This document shows positions 13,366 through 26,125 of a stretch of 64,000 nucleotides of DNA, piece after piece. The stretch lies in contig NC_057718.1 of assembly GCF_004010195.1 (NCBI RefSeq), positions 73,989,775-74,053,774 on the forward strand. Reading direction: 5' to 3'. Within the stretch, counting starts at the first letter, position 1. The number at the start of each line of letters is the position of its first letter. A model generated the notes under the pieces. The model searched no databases. It was given only the letters and a program-made list of their open reading frames with translations, and was not told the origin of the DNA. Source of the stretch: Chiloscyllium plagiosum (lineage: Eukaryota). The translations under genes and the position numbers were made by a program.

Positions 13366-14355
13366 TGTCATGTTTACATTGAGACAAAGTTGCAGTTGCT
13401 AATGCTTACTCTCTCATGCAGTCCAGTATTGGTTTTATTTAATGTTTATTGAAGGTGCTCAAGGCATTTTTTGTGTGTAGAAGGATTGAACATGGTATTT
13501 GAGGATATTGGTATTCCTTGGATCATATAACACACAGAGGGCATTCATCCCACCTTGCCGGTGTTGGCTGTTTGAAAAAGCTATCCATTTAGTCTCACTC
13601 CACTTTATTTTTTCCCCATAATCCTATAAATTTCCCCTTTTATTTGCAACCTCATTTTGAAAATTATTGTATATGCTTCCACTATCCTTTCAGGTCATAA
13701 ACTCGATATTAACTATAGTGCATCTTGTCTGGTGTCAGGATGAGGTTGCTTATGGCCAAGCCTACACACATCCCTTCTTTACAAATGGGGCTTTTTATAG
13801 AAACATATTGCACTATAGATTTCAAAATATTTTAACGAGCTGGTAGTATTGGCAAATTGGTCTTGATTTCTGTCTCACAGCAACCAACATGGGGTGTTAG
13901 CAGTGAGGAAGATAGGTTGCTTGGCCAAATATTTTAGGTAGAGGATAGTGTTTCAGCAGAGGTTTGTAAGAGATATGTGTAAAAAAGCAGGAGCTGACTG
14001 TACCATTGACCCTTGCAGTCGCTGGTTATTTGATTATTCTACAATGGGCAATTAATTTGTCAAAAATTTACCTTTAGCATGTTAATTTTAAATTTGATGT
14101 TCCCAATACAGCAAGAATATAGAAAAATGTTGTAAAAATGTGTATATAGATTGAACTTTTACTGTAGCTTCATCAGTCCTTGTGCTGAGTTTGTAGATTT
14201 TTGCATTACACTCGATTTTAAAAAGAACTATACTCTTACAAAGGGACCTAATTGCTAATAGTGATACTTATGTGACACAACTGAAATTTTAGATGTGAGT
14301 CACTTACAAATTATCAGGATTGCAAGTAATGTTTAGTCAGTTTTCTTCCACACAG

Positions 14356-14414
14356 TATTTCAGATATTTGTTGAAAGGGGCAGAGTCACCAACACGCAAC
14401 TCCAAATCCAATAG
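14356..14414 (+). CDS. SNX14: SNX14 coding exon, YFRYLLKGAESPTRNSKSNR
   Basis: Pyrimidine tract and CAG 14353-14355; GTGAGT donor at 14415; phase 0-2. Confidence 0.95.
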
Positions 14415-15249
14415 GTGAGTTTGCAGGAGTTAATGGTAAGCACAATTCCTGCCAACATCCCACTTTTTAATAGTCTATCTGATTGTATTCCTTTTGTTAC
14501 TAAAGTGGTTCTGTTGCCTTTGAGGTTTTTGTTCAAAAGTTCAGTTATTTCTGTTCTTACCGTAACTTGTCACTGAGATTTTAATTTGCAACCCCATGCA
14601 TGTAACTGCAAAATAGAGTAAGCTGTCCAAAGTAAAAGAAATTCAGTGTTCAAGAGTATCGATTAATTTATTTGAGATTCTGGATCAACAAAATAAAATT
14701 GACTACAGTCTGCTTAGTACGGTTTTTTGTGTACAGGTTGCTCTTTTTGTCAGATGCATTTTAAACCCGTTTTCAGTGTAAAAGTACACTACAGTATGTT
14801 AATAATCCATAACTTATACACCAATAAGGTTGGCAGCTTTAGGATATCACCATGGCACTATATGTACTTGGCAAGATCTCATTATACACCCGACCTGCTT
14901 TATTTTGAAAGTGCTAAATGGGTAATTATTTATATTTATTAAATAATTGAGAAAATGGCTTTGTGATAAATTTTCTGTGCAATTTTAAGATGTATGTTTG
15001 TAAGCAGACTATAATTTCTTGTAGTTACTCATGTTGCTTTTCAAACTAGCCACAGTTTACAGATTTTTGACAGATACCACTTCAGTGCAAGTACAAAGGC
15101 TATAATTTTTGATCATCCTACAGAAGCATTACCTATATGAAAGGTGGCTAAATTTAACGTCCATGGCAGGTCTACCCTCATGAAAGCCTTCTGTCAGCTT
15201 GCTTAGTGTCACTGGGCTCCTCACGTCAATATATTACTTCTGTGGAATT

Positions 15250-15720
15250 AGGAGAAAGTGAGGTCTGTAGATGCTGGAGATCAAAGTTGAAACTTTATTG
15301 CTGGAACAGCACAGCAGGTCAGGCAGCATCCAGGGAACAGGAGATTCGACGTTTCGGGCACAGGCCCTTCTTCAGGAATGAGCAGAGAGTGTTCAGCAGG
15401 AGAAGATAAAAGGTAGGGAGGAGGGAGTTGGAGGAGGGGCGTTGGAAATGTGATAGGTGGAAAGAGGTCAAGGTGAAGGTGATAGGTTGGAGTAGGGTGG
15501 AGGCGGAGAGGTCAAGAAGAAGACTGCAGGTCAGGAAGGTGGTGCCGGGCTGGAGGGATTCGGCTGAGACAAGGTGGGGGGAGGGGGGGTGAAGAAACTG
15601 GTGAAGTCCAAGTTCATCCCCTGTGGTTGGAGGGTTCCCAGTCGGAAGATAAGACGCTCCTCCTCTGACCGTCGCGTTGTTGTGGTTTGGCGGTGGATGA
15701 GTCCAGCTCAACATGATAAC
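15250..15720 (-). mobile_element. 3' end of a Neptune-type Penelope-like element with pLTR and hammerhead
   Basis: - strand reads TTTRRSEEERLIFRLGTLQPQGMNLDFTSF; HHR ATTC-CTGAAGA-AGGGC-CTGT-GCCC-GAAACGTC-GAAT at 15344-15379; pLTR same family as the fold-back arms. Confidence 0.85.
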
Positions 15721-15846
15721 CCCAGATCTCCACTGTTGTTCATAATTCCCAGGAGCCTTACCCAACAGGCCTGAAAAAACCTTCAGAACCATTTCAACCA
15801 AGTTCTTTGTGGCATGTCCTGGACTGCAACCTGTTCAGAATTTATT

Positions 15847-16000
15847 GTCAAAGTGTGGTGCTGGAAAAGCACAGCAGGTTAGGCAGCAATTGAGGAACAG
15901 GAGAATCCTGCTCCTTGGATGTTGTCTGACCAGCTGTACTTTTCCAGTGCCACACTTTTCGACTCTGATCTCCAGCATCTGCAGCCCTCACTTTCTCCTA
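15847..16000. mobile_element. Fold-back pLTR insertion with the central hammerhead deleted
   Basis: Inverted arms joined at GGAGAATCCTGCTCC; flanking repeat TTCAGAAT(T/C)TATT at 15834-15846 and 16001-16013. Confidence 0.75.
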
Positions 16001-16573
16001 TTCAGAATCTATTACCTGGTTCCCTCATTGAGTGTTCAGAATGTATGGATCGTGCCTGTTAATGGCTTGTTTTGGAAGCCTTTGATCTTCACTAGATATA
16101 TTAATTATTTTTATGCAGATATATTCTGAAACAAAATAAGAGCTATATGAATGGCTGCGTAGAATATGAGACTGCATACGTTGATTAGCTGGCTTTTGAG
16201 ACCATAAAATGAGTGTAATATAGATTACACTGCACATCTATGTTCAACTGTATAGTTGTAATGTTATTTATGTTATAATTTGCCTGAAATGTGGGTTAAA
16301 AGAGACCCCTAAGATTTAATCTACATAAACTTTTGAAGTATTGACAGCTGACTGTTCAGCATTGTGAATCCAAATATTTATTGATTTACATAGTCTTTGT
16401 GATCTTCAATATTTGAGTTAATCAATATTCATTAAATAAATCAAGCTAAAAGTTGAACAAATGATGTAAAATATAGGAAAAATGGTTTTCTCATTAATGT
16501 ATTTTTATTATTTCTCCTATCTTTTCTTGTCTTGAGTTGTCTGAATTTTAATTCCTTGTGTTTTTTGTTGCAG

Positions 16574-16600
16574 AAGTAGCCTGAATTTGGATGATTTTCG
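16574..16600 (+). CDS. SNX14: SNX14 27-nt microexon, (R)SSLNLDDF(R)
   Basis: T-rich tract and CAG 16571-16573, GTAAGT donor 16601; symmetric phase 2-2; matches the GSLSLDDFR segment of mammalian SNX14. Confidence 0.92.
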
Positions 16601-17424
16601 GTAAGTATGCATGCACAATATGGAGAAATACCTATTGCAGGCAGGAGCAGCATGTCACTCCACCCTCATAGTCCATATTGCATCACATTTTTACAGAATA
16701 GCCTTATGGACTGTACACAAGCTTCTGCCTTTATAACAATCTGAATCTTGAAGTTTACTGTTTTAAGACTTAATTTGTCTCCAGGTTACCCTTTAATTAA
16801 ACCTAGTCAACAACTTTCTGCAATGTTTTAAATTTGGTTTTCTATTTGGTTTTGCTCCCTACAGTAGAAATACTATTGGTCCATATTATGTATAATGAAA
16901 TTTAAATATATAACTTAAAATTTTGTGTCTCTAATATCTATAATGAATAATAGATGGCAGTAAATCACTTAACGTGTATGAAAGTAAGCGTTCTATGCAA
17001 TCTACCATTAACCATCAAATTCTAGCATGCAGCAGTAAGTCCTAGATTTGTTTTGCCAAAATGTATTATAATTTATGATGTCAAAACAAAAGATCATATC
17101 CCATATTTTGAGGCGACTCATGTTCAGTTTGTCAATAAGCTTATCTGTAATTCAGAACTATGTAGCAGAAAACACTTTTGTGAAGTAACCTAATGTCTTG
17201 AGGATTAACTTCATTTTTAAAAAAATGAAGAGTAACTTTTGTAATTTTGCTCCATGCACTTACCAGTTTAGCTGTACACATGCAGTCCTTGCCTGACATG
17301 GTTCTACAAACTCGAGTTATTTCTTCATTTCTAACTTGAAAGAGCTGCATTTAGCACTTACAGATGGGTAGACAGTAATATTGTGATTTTGCCCATAATC
17401 GGTGTGAATATAACAGTGAGCTGA

Positions 17425-18445
17425 GAGCTCCATAACAAAGGGATCTTGATCAATTGGGCCAGTGGGCTGAGGAATGGCAGATGGGATTTAATTTGGATAA
17501 ATGTGAGGTATTGCATTTTGGTAAAGTGAAAAATGACAGGACCTGTACAGTTAATGGTAGGGCTGTGAGTAGTAGTGTTAAACAAAGAGACCTAGGGGTT
17601 CAGGTACATAGTTCTTTGAAAGTTGCATCATAGACAGGGTGACTAAGAAGGTAAAAACGATGACTGCAGATGCTGGGATCCAGATTCTGGATCAGTGGTG
17701 CTGGAAGAGCAGAGCAATTCAGGCAGCATCCGACGAGCAGCAAAATTGACATTTCGGGCAAAAGCCCTTCATCCTGATGAAGGGCTTTTGCCCGAAACGT
17801 CGATTTTGCTGCTCGTCGGATGCAGGGTGATTAAGAAGGCATTTAACATGTGTGCCTTCATTACTCAGACCATTGAGTATAGGAGTTGGGGGTGTCATGT
17901 TCACCGTTACAGGATGCTGGTTAGGCCACTTTTGGACTGTTGTGTACAGTTCTGGTCACCGTTATATGATGGATATTATTAAATTGGAGAGAAAAAAGAT
18001 TTGTCAGGATGTTGCTGGGAACAGAGGTTTTGAGTTATAAAGAGAGGCTGGTTAGCCTCAGGCTTTGTTCACTGGAGCGTAGAAGGTTGAGGGGTGACCT
18101 TGCAGAGGTTTATGAAACGATGAGGGGAATAGCAAAGATTTTCCACTATAGGGTGGTGGAGTTCAAGGCTAGGGATCGTACTTTGAAGGTAAGAGGAGAA
18201 AGATTTACAAGGGATCTGAGGGGCAATGTCTTCATGCAGTGGCTGGTTCGTATGTGCAGTGAACAGTGGATGCAGGTACAGTTACAACACTTAAAAGGCA
18301 TTTGGACAAGTACGTGAACAGGGAAGGTTTGGAGGGATATGGGCCAAATGCAGGCAAGTGGGATTAGTTTAGTTTCAGGAAACCTGGTCGGCATGAATGC
18401 GTTGGACCTAAGGATCTGTTTCCATGCTGTTTGACTCTTATGGAC
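17425..18445 (+). mobile_element. CR1 LINE 3' fragment
   Basis: WAEEWQMGFNLDKCEVLHFG, LVRPLLDCCVQFWSP, SLERRRLRGDL motifs. Confidence 0.9.
17652..17822. mobile_element. Fold-back pLTR insertion with canonical hammerhead core
   Basis: ATC-CTGATGA(17774-17780)-AGGGC-TTTT-GCCC-GAAACGTC-GAT; TSD CAGGGTGA(C/T)TAAGAAGG at 17635-17651 and 17823-17839, interrupting CR1. Confidence 0.85.
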
Positions 18446-18484
18446 TAGGAAATTCTCTGCTTGATCTCTGAACTAAATGAAGTT

Positions 18485-18783
18485 ATCATAAAATCATAGA
18501 ATCCCTATAGTGTGCAAGTAAGCCATTGGCCCATCTAGTCCACACCGATCCTCCAAAGAGCAGTCCATCCAGACCCACCCCATCCCTACAACTGCAGTTC
18601 CCACAGCTAATCTACCTGGCCCGCACATCTTTCGACTATGGACAGAAACCGGAACACATGGAAGAAATCCATGAAGATAGTGGGAGAGTGTGCAAACTCA
18701 ATTCGGTCAGCCACTCGAGGGTGGGATTGAACCTGGGTCCCTGGTGCTGTGAGGCAGCAGTGCTAGCCACTGAACCACCGTGC
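18485..18783 (-). mobile_element. HE1-type V-SINE
   Basis: Same family as 2462-2826. Confidence 0.85.
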
Positions 18784-19479
18784 ATACATGGAGTACATTT
18801 TTGACTTGACAGATAAAGGCTAGAATCAGGCTCAACAACATTGCTTCTTTAATTGAACCAACTTAGACTTGCTGTTAAGACTCTTATAGATCTCTTCCCT
18901 CCCTGCACTTAATGTTTTTGAATGGCAGAGAGACCAAAAGAACAGACCACATCTCTTTCATTGCTGATCTTTGCTCAATGAAGAAATTGGATACTTGATC
19001 GCAAAATGGTAGAATGACATTGTGTCCATTTTACAAACAGTCTAACCAACTGGGTCTGAATGTGAGCATGACATTTTTTATTTAAAAATTAAACTTGGTA
19101 AGGATTAAATTTAATTTGACTTAATTTTAAGTTACAAATGCATTAGTTTTGGTTTCAGGTATAAACTAAGTCAAAACATAGAATGAATGGTCAACGCCAC
19201 ATAAATGACAAAGCTGAGAGTTTCCTGTCACCCAGTGTTGTATGAAGCATGCACACTGGTAATATGAAAAGCTTGGTTCACTAAATCAGGGATGCGTAAT
19301 CAAGAATCTTGATTGATAATCTATTGGGTATGTGCAATTGGGATGCCAGCAGTATTGTTCTAAATTTTGCTTAATGTGAATGTATATGAATGAAAGTTGT
19401 GGTTTGTTTGTTGCTGTTGTTTCTCCACTGTCACTTCTGGGTTAACTGTTCTCACCTATTTCTGTTCCTCTTTAGCCAG

Positions 19480-19820
19480 AGAATCATAGAAATTCTATCG
19501 TGTGGAAACAGGCCATTTGGCCCAACAAGTACACACCAACCCTCCAAAGAGTGACCCACCCAGACAAATTCCCCTGCCCTATTACTCTACATTTCCTAAT
19601 GCACCTAACCTATACATCCCTGAACACTGTGGGCAATTTAGTTTGGCCAATTCACTTAACCTGCATATCTTTGAATTGTGGGAGGAAACTGGAGCACCCA
19701 GAGGAAACCCACACAGGCATGGAGTGAATGTGCAAACTCCACACAGTCGCCGGAGCTGGAAACAAACCCGGGTCCCTGATGCTGTGAGGCAGCAGTGCGA
19801 ATCACTGTGCCACCATGCCG
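19480..19820 (-). mobile_element. HE1-type V-SINE
   Basis: Same family as 2462-2826. Confidence 0.85.
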
Positions 19821-20311
19821 ACCATCTGCATTGGTTTCTCTTCCTTGCTACGTTGTTACTTTTAGCATCCTCCAAAGATATCTCCTTGTCCCCAGTTAGA
19901 TGCAGATGCTGGGAAATTCACCCAAACACAGAATTATTTCCTTTGTATATGATAATGTACCTGAATCGCCAACTCTCCTTGAGCTCTCCACTGGAAAGTT
20001 TTTCTCATGTTAAATATTAGAAGCCCTCAAAGCCATTTCAAACTCAGATCCCCAGTGATAAACTTCATCCTTCTCCCTGACGGTTTATTTGAAGCAAAAC
20101 CAGATTGTTTGCAACCTTTGTCTTGTGCTCGACCCTGCAATAAACTGCTAAACATGTATCAATAAGATCACTGAGACTCCCTGTTTCTACTTCTGCAGAA
20201 TAGGCCCTACTGCTGAATCCTATTTTTGTGCCTTTATTACTGGTTGGTCTCTCACTTTCTCCTCTTTGTAATTTGAGATTGTACAAAACTCTGCCCATTA
20301 CTTAAGTCATG

Positions 20312-20512
20312 AGTGTGTTGCTGGAAAAGCACAGCAAGTCCAGCAGCATCCGAGGAGCAGGAGAATTGACATTTCGGGCATATTCCTGATGAAGGGCTCC
20401 TGCCCGAAATGTCAATTCTCCTGCTCCTTGGATGCTGCCTGACCTGTTGTGCTTTTTCAGCAACACACGCTCGACTCTGATCTCCAGCATCTGCAGTTCT
20501 CACTTTCTCCAA
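20312..20512. mobile_element. Fold-back pLTR insertion with hammerhead
   Basis: CTGATGA 20386-20392, GGGC-TCCT-GCCC, GAAATGTC; TSD ATTACTTAAG(T/A)CATG at 20297-20311 and 20513-20527. Confidence 0.82.
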
Positions 20513-20810
20513 ATTACTTAAGACATGCCAAGTTCTGCTCACTATTTGGCAACTGACCTACACTGGCTCCTGATTATGAAATGTCACAGCCTTTTCGCTG
20601 TTTTTGCTTTCCACCCTACAACCCTGTTAAGGTATCAGTGCTGTTATAATTTTAGCATCTTAAGCTCCCCATTTCAATGGTTCTACCATTGGAAGTCCTT
20701 TTGTCCTAAATCTCTATCCTTGCAGCTCTCATCCTACTTTCAGATGATCCTTAAAACCTGCTTCTTTGCCCAAACATGTGATCTCCTGGTCTAATACCTC
20801 CTGATATAGC

Positions 20811-21562
20811 TGTTAAGACGGACCCGGAGGGTCCCGTCTTTGCGTGTTCTTTTGGAAGGAGAGACTCACACTGGCAACTATGATTAGACGCAGACAGCAG
20901 TTTATTCACAGAATCTTAACTGGTACAACGAATCTACAGGCATGCATTCGTTGGAGAAGGCGTTCTGCCTTCCCGTTCAAAGTTGACACAATTATACTTC
21001 GCGCTGCCTGGAGTCCCCGGTCAGTTCGCCTTCCCCATTGGTCCATTCGTCTGCGCGCGCTGGGGATCCGTCCTCCTATTGGCCGCATCGAAGTGCCTGT
21101 CCAGCTCCAGCTGTGCTTGACAATGGCTCAGCCATCCCTGGGAGCGGTTCCGATCCCGTATTCAATAGTCCATTGTGTCAAGGAATTACTATGCGTCTGA
21201 CAGGCTAGCCATTTTCAATAGTTTTAGTTTAACTAAATTGTCAATTACACTTATCAACTTTAGACTTAAATAGAGCCATTCACACTCACTAGTTACAGGT
21301 TCCGATAGAGCAATTCACACTTGTCTAACAGTTACAGATTCCGATCAGTTTCTTTATGAATCCCGAGTTTCGATGGGGCAATTGATACTGGCTGGTATTT
21401 ACAGGCTCCAAGATTTAATTAACATTATGCATATCCCTTACAAGCTCCAGCAGTCATGCAATCGCCTGCAGCAGCTCGCTTGGCTGTTGTTAACCATTTC
21501 AGGGCTGGAAGTGTCACCCTCCCTAGCCCTACATTAAACACCGCAGTGAAATCTCCCCAACA
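20811..21562 (-). mobile_element. Solo LTR, young (CpG-rich)
   Basis: TGTT...AACA ends, perfect 4-bp TSD TAGC (20807-20810, 21563-21566); on - strand CCAAT x2 (21078-82, 21037-41), TATAAT (20991-96), AATAAA (20901-06). Confidence 0.85.
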
Positions 21563-22003
21563 TAGCTCAACATTGAATTTTGTCTGATAAGAGATTTTTT
21601 TTAAATGATTGGTTCTTCAAGCTATTTTTTCTTTTTAATCTTCATAGTCACATTTCAAAATGGCTTATTTTGATTAAAAATGTTTATTTGAGAGTTATTT
21701 TTGACTGTGGAGATTCTCGCACTGACATGAATGTCACAAAAAAGGGAAAATTCAAATAGTAATTATGCAGTTATTAGAAATATTACTGTTAAATCAAGAG
21801 TTTGTTGTAAAGGCAGAAAACATTTTTGCTTGAATTTTGTTGCCAGAGCAGTATGTTATTGAATGCAGAAACTTGTGGCTGGCCATAGAGCGCTCCAGTT
21901 AATGAATGCAAATGCTGAAGCTAATATCTATCTGTTTCTCTTTTCACTGATTAATGCTGCCTATTGGATATGTTTTTTTAAAAAACAAAAATTTGTGGGT
22001 TAG

Positions 22004-22159
22004 CACCGAACAGGATTTAAAACGGGGCACTGAATCTGCATCTCTAGGGCAAGCTGCCTCCATGAATCAAGGGTCTTCATCTGCATCTGTTTTTCCTCAT
22101 GTGCAGTCAATCTTAACACTTCCATCTGGCATTTTACCTTCTCTCCCTGCTGCTATAAC
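22004..22159 (+). CDS. SNX14: Candidate SNX14 alternative cassette exon (156 nt, 52 aa, Ser-rich)
   Basis: First AG after an ~80-nt AG-free zone (TAG 22001-22003), GTAAGT donor at 22160, symmetric phase 2-2, stop-free in the SNX14 frame, non-repetitive context, TGCATG at 22194-22199. Confidence 0.65.
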
Positions 22160-22787
22160 GTAAGTCAGGGTCCATTCACACTCCTTTGTAACATGCATGG
22201 ATATTTGTGTCAAAAGTCTATCCCACCAACCATTAAAACATGTGTTTTGTGTCTGTGTCCTATAGTTTGGGTTTTATACTGGCTTGTTTACATTTGTCTA
22301 TGTATTTGATAAATGGTTTGTTTAAACAAAAATTTTGCATATTTTATCTACCCATTTTCAGTTGTATAAAACATCAGAAGTGCATTAACTGAAACATAGA
22401 ATATGGATGGAAATGAAGTCTTCGAACTGTTGTTAAAGAAATCTGGTGCCAAATCATTTAGCATGGAACAAAGCCAACTTCCCACCATTCCTGTGCTGAT
22501 CTGAGGATTCTTGCACTCCTTCCCCTTCCCTGTAGCACTTCAAACTTCTCCTTTTGAAGTAAACATTCAAATACCCTTTGAAAATTATTACTGAATCAGT
22601 GTATCGCCGCCAGGGCATTCCAACTCTCAGCCCAGTAAAACATCTCATATTTTTGATTCTTTTACCAGCTCTCCTAAATCTCTTTTTTCTGGATAGCATC
22701 CTTCTTACTAGAGTTCTATTTATTTGCTGATATAGTTTATCATTTATTTTTGTCGGTGTATTGACTGTGCTTGAGCTAGATTTAGAC

Positions 22788-23150
22788 TGAGTCAAAAATC
22801 TCGCAACACCAGGTCCAGCTGGTTTATTTGGAAACACTAGCTTTCAGAGCATTGCTCCTTAATCAAGTGCTAGTGAGAGAGGAAACCCTTAGGCACAGAA
22901 TTTATAGGGAAAAGATCAAAGGGAACAAATTGAACACATCTAAGCTGGCTAAGATATTCAATTTGTTTGCAGAAGTTGTATGACCTTTTGATGTTTTCCT
23001 TATAAATTCTGTCTAAAATCTTCAGGTGCTAGTGAGAGAAGAAGCAGTGCTCTGAAAGCAAGTGTTTTTAAATACACCCGTTGGACTATAACCTGGTGTT
23101 GTGATTTTTTGATTTTGTCCAACCCAGTCCAACACTGGCACTTCCATATT
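22788..23150. mobile_element. Inverted Penelope pLTR remnants (third family, degenerate hammerhead)
   Basis: Inverted arms CAACACCAGG..CTAGCTTTCAGAGC / GCTCTGAAAGCAAG..CCTGGTGTTG; related copy at ~37895-38050. Confidence 0.55.
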
Positions 23151-23344
23151 TTAGATTTAGATTGTTTTAGTAAAGCACTGAAGTTTGACTATTATAAAGT
23201 TCTCTCACTTCCAAATCACTTCCAGTCACATCATGCAAATGAAGTGAAATAATGTGTTCCTGATAGCACTGAAGGTGTGAAGGTGTCCATTACTGAAAAC
23301 TGCAAGCTCCCTTTGGATGGTTTTAAGATTTATTTTTATCATTT

Positions 23345-26125
23345 AGAGTCATAGAGATGTACAGCATGGAAACAAGCCCTTCGATCCAACTTGTCCACGC
23401 CAACCAGATATCCTAAATTAATGTAGTCCTATTTGCCAGCATTTGACCCATATCACTCTAAACCCTCCCTGTTCATGTACCTTTTAAATGTTTTAATTGT
23501 ACCATCCTTCACCACTTCCTCTGGCAGCTCATTCCATACACACACTACACTCTGCGTGAAAAAGTTGCCCCTGAGGTCCCTTCTAATTCTTTCCCCTCTC
23601 ACTTTTTCCCTATGCCCTCTAGTTTGGACTCCTCCACCCCTGGGAAAAGACCTTGTCTATTTACCCTATCTATGCCTCTCATGATTTTATAAGCCTCTAT
23701 AAAGTCATCCCTTAACCCCAGCCTATTCAGCCTCTCTTAGCTCAAACGTGCCAACATCCTTGTGAATCTTTTCTGAACCTTTTCAAATTTCACAACATCC
23801 TTCCAATAGGACAGAGACCAAAATTGCATGCAGTATTCCAAAAGTGGCCTAACCAGTGTCCTATACAGCTGCAACATGACCTCCCAAATCCTTTCCTCAA
23901 TGCACTGACCAATAAAGGCAAGATACCAAATGCCTTCTGCACCACCCTATCTACCCTCAACTCCACTTTCAAGGAGCTATAAACCTGTATTCTAAGGTTT
24001 CTGTGTTCAGCAATTCTCCCGAGGACCTGACCATTAAGTGATTTGCCTTTCCAAATGTGGTACCTCTCATTGATCTAAATTAAACCCTAATTACCACTTT
24101 TCAGCCAATTTGCCCACCTGATCATGGTCCTATTGTACCTTTTGCTGTCCATTACACCACCAATTTAGGTGTCATCTGCAGACTTGTTAACCATATCTCC
24201 TATGTTCACATCCAAATGATTTATATAAATGGCAAAAAGCAGTGGATCCAGTAATGATTTTTGTAGCCTCCAGTCTGAAAAGCAACACTCCACCACCACC
24301 CTCTGTCTTCATTGCAGCCGGTTATGTATCCAAATGTGTCACGACACTGGGTAATCCTCCTGCTTAATTTAAAACTAGCAACACAGAAAAGATTTATTCT
24401 GTTCAGTAATCTGTAAAATTCGTGGCCAAGGACTATTTAAAGTAAAATTAATAACTTTATTTCTTAAAGTATAACAGAGAATAATTAGCTAACAACTATT
24501 TACCATTCCTTACTCTAACCTATCTGCTACCTTCTCTTCTATAATACTAGTCTGTTGAAGATTTACAAAACAAGACGTCTTATCTCAAAATCAGGCAGCT
24601 TTAATTCTTCTATTAGGATTTTCCTGTGTTATCTTTTCTTCTTCAGGAATTTCTTCACCAATCATCAAAAAGGTATCTTTTTAAGAGAGCTATTTTTCAG
24701 GCAGTCTGTTTACATGCTGAGCTTGTCAGTTCTCGTCTCAACTGTTCAATTTTCCACAGTCACACTGGATTGGAGTTTGACAATTTTTGGGGTATAATTT
24801 AAATAGATTGGCTGAATTTGAATTTGTTTTTATCGCCAGGCAACGAGCTAATTGAGCGAATTGCCCAAGTGTTACATTGTTGCCTAATTGAGAACACTTG
24901 GTGCTGTGTCCGGTAGTTCTGCTGTTTTTAACTCTCTTAAAATACATCCACATCTTCAGAACAAATGGCTAGTTCTCCCTGTATTCCATGAGCTCTAACC
25001 AGTCTACCATGCACAACCTTGTCAAATGCCTTACTGAAGTCCATATAGATCATGTCCACTACTCTAACTTCATCTCCCCTTCGTTACCGCTTCAAAAAAC
25101 TCAATTAGGTTAATGAGACATTGCTTCCTGTGTTCACTATCCCTGATTAGTACTTCCCGTTCCACACACATGTAAATCCTGTTCCAAATACATGTAAATC
25201 CTGTGCTTCAGGGTTCCCTACAACAACGTGCCCACGTTTCAGGCTCACTGGTCTATAATTCCCTAGCTTTTCCTTACCACCTTTCTTTTGGCACCTCACC
25301 TGTGGTTATCGATTATACAGATATATTGGCAGCAGGCCCAGCAATCGCTTCTCTAGTTTCCCACAGAATTCTGCGGTATACCCGATCAGATCCTGGGAAT
25401 TTATTTACCTTTGTGTTTTAAGATGTCCAGCACAACTGCCTCAGTAATATGAACATTTTTCAGGATGTTGCTATTTATTCCCCCTTGTTCTCTATCTTCT
25501 ATATCCTTCTCCATAGTAAACACTGATCCAAAATACTCGTTTAGTATCTCCCCCAGCTCCTGCGGCTGCACAGATAGGTGGCCTTGCTGATTCTCTCCCT
25601 AGTTACCCTTTTGTCCATAATGTATTTGTCGAATCCCTTCAAATTCTCCTTAATGCTATTTGACAAAGTTATCGCATGTACCCTTTTTGTCTTCCTGATT
25701 TCCCTCTTAAACAAACTCCTACTACTTTTATATTCTTCTTGGGATTCACTCGATCGCTGCTGTCTACACCTGACGTCTGCTTCCTTTTTCTTGACCAAAA
25801 CTTCAATTTCTTGTGTCATCCAGCATTCCCTACACCTACCAGCCTTTCCTTTCACGCGAAAAGCAATATACAGTTTCTGGACACTTGTTATCTCATTTTT
25901 GAAGACTTCCCAATTTCCAGCTGTCCCTTTACCTGTGAACATTCGTCTCCAATCAAATTTTGAAAATTCTTGCCTAATACTATCAAAATTACTCTTCCTT
26001 TAATTTAGAAATTTTACTTTTAGATGTGGTCTATCCTTTTCCCTTGCTATTTTAAAATTGTTCGAATTATAGTCACTGGCCCCAAACTGCTCCCCCACTG
26101 ACACCTCTGTCACCTACTCTACCTT
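23345..26125 (-). mobile_element. CR1 LINE, decayed, interrupted by a solo LTR
   Basis: 3' tail AGAGTCATAGAG; ORF fragments KVELRVDRVVQKAFG and WEVFKNEITSVQKLYI. Confidence 0.9.
24337..24963. mobile_element. Solo LTR (family shared with 27579-28299)
   Basis: TG...CA ends, 4-bp TSD AATG (24333-36, 24964-67), cleanly splits CR1 sequence. Confidence 0.85.

Noticed and set aside
22014..22159. Alternative acceptor at 22013 restoring frame with the 16-nt microexon
   Set aside because: That frame hits ATT TAA immediately
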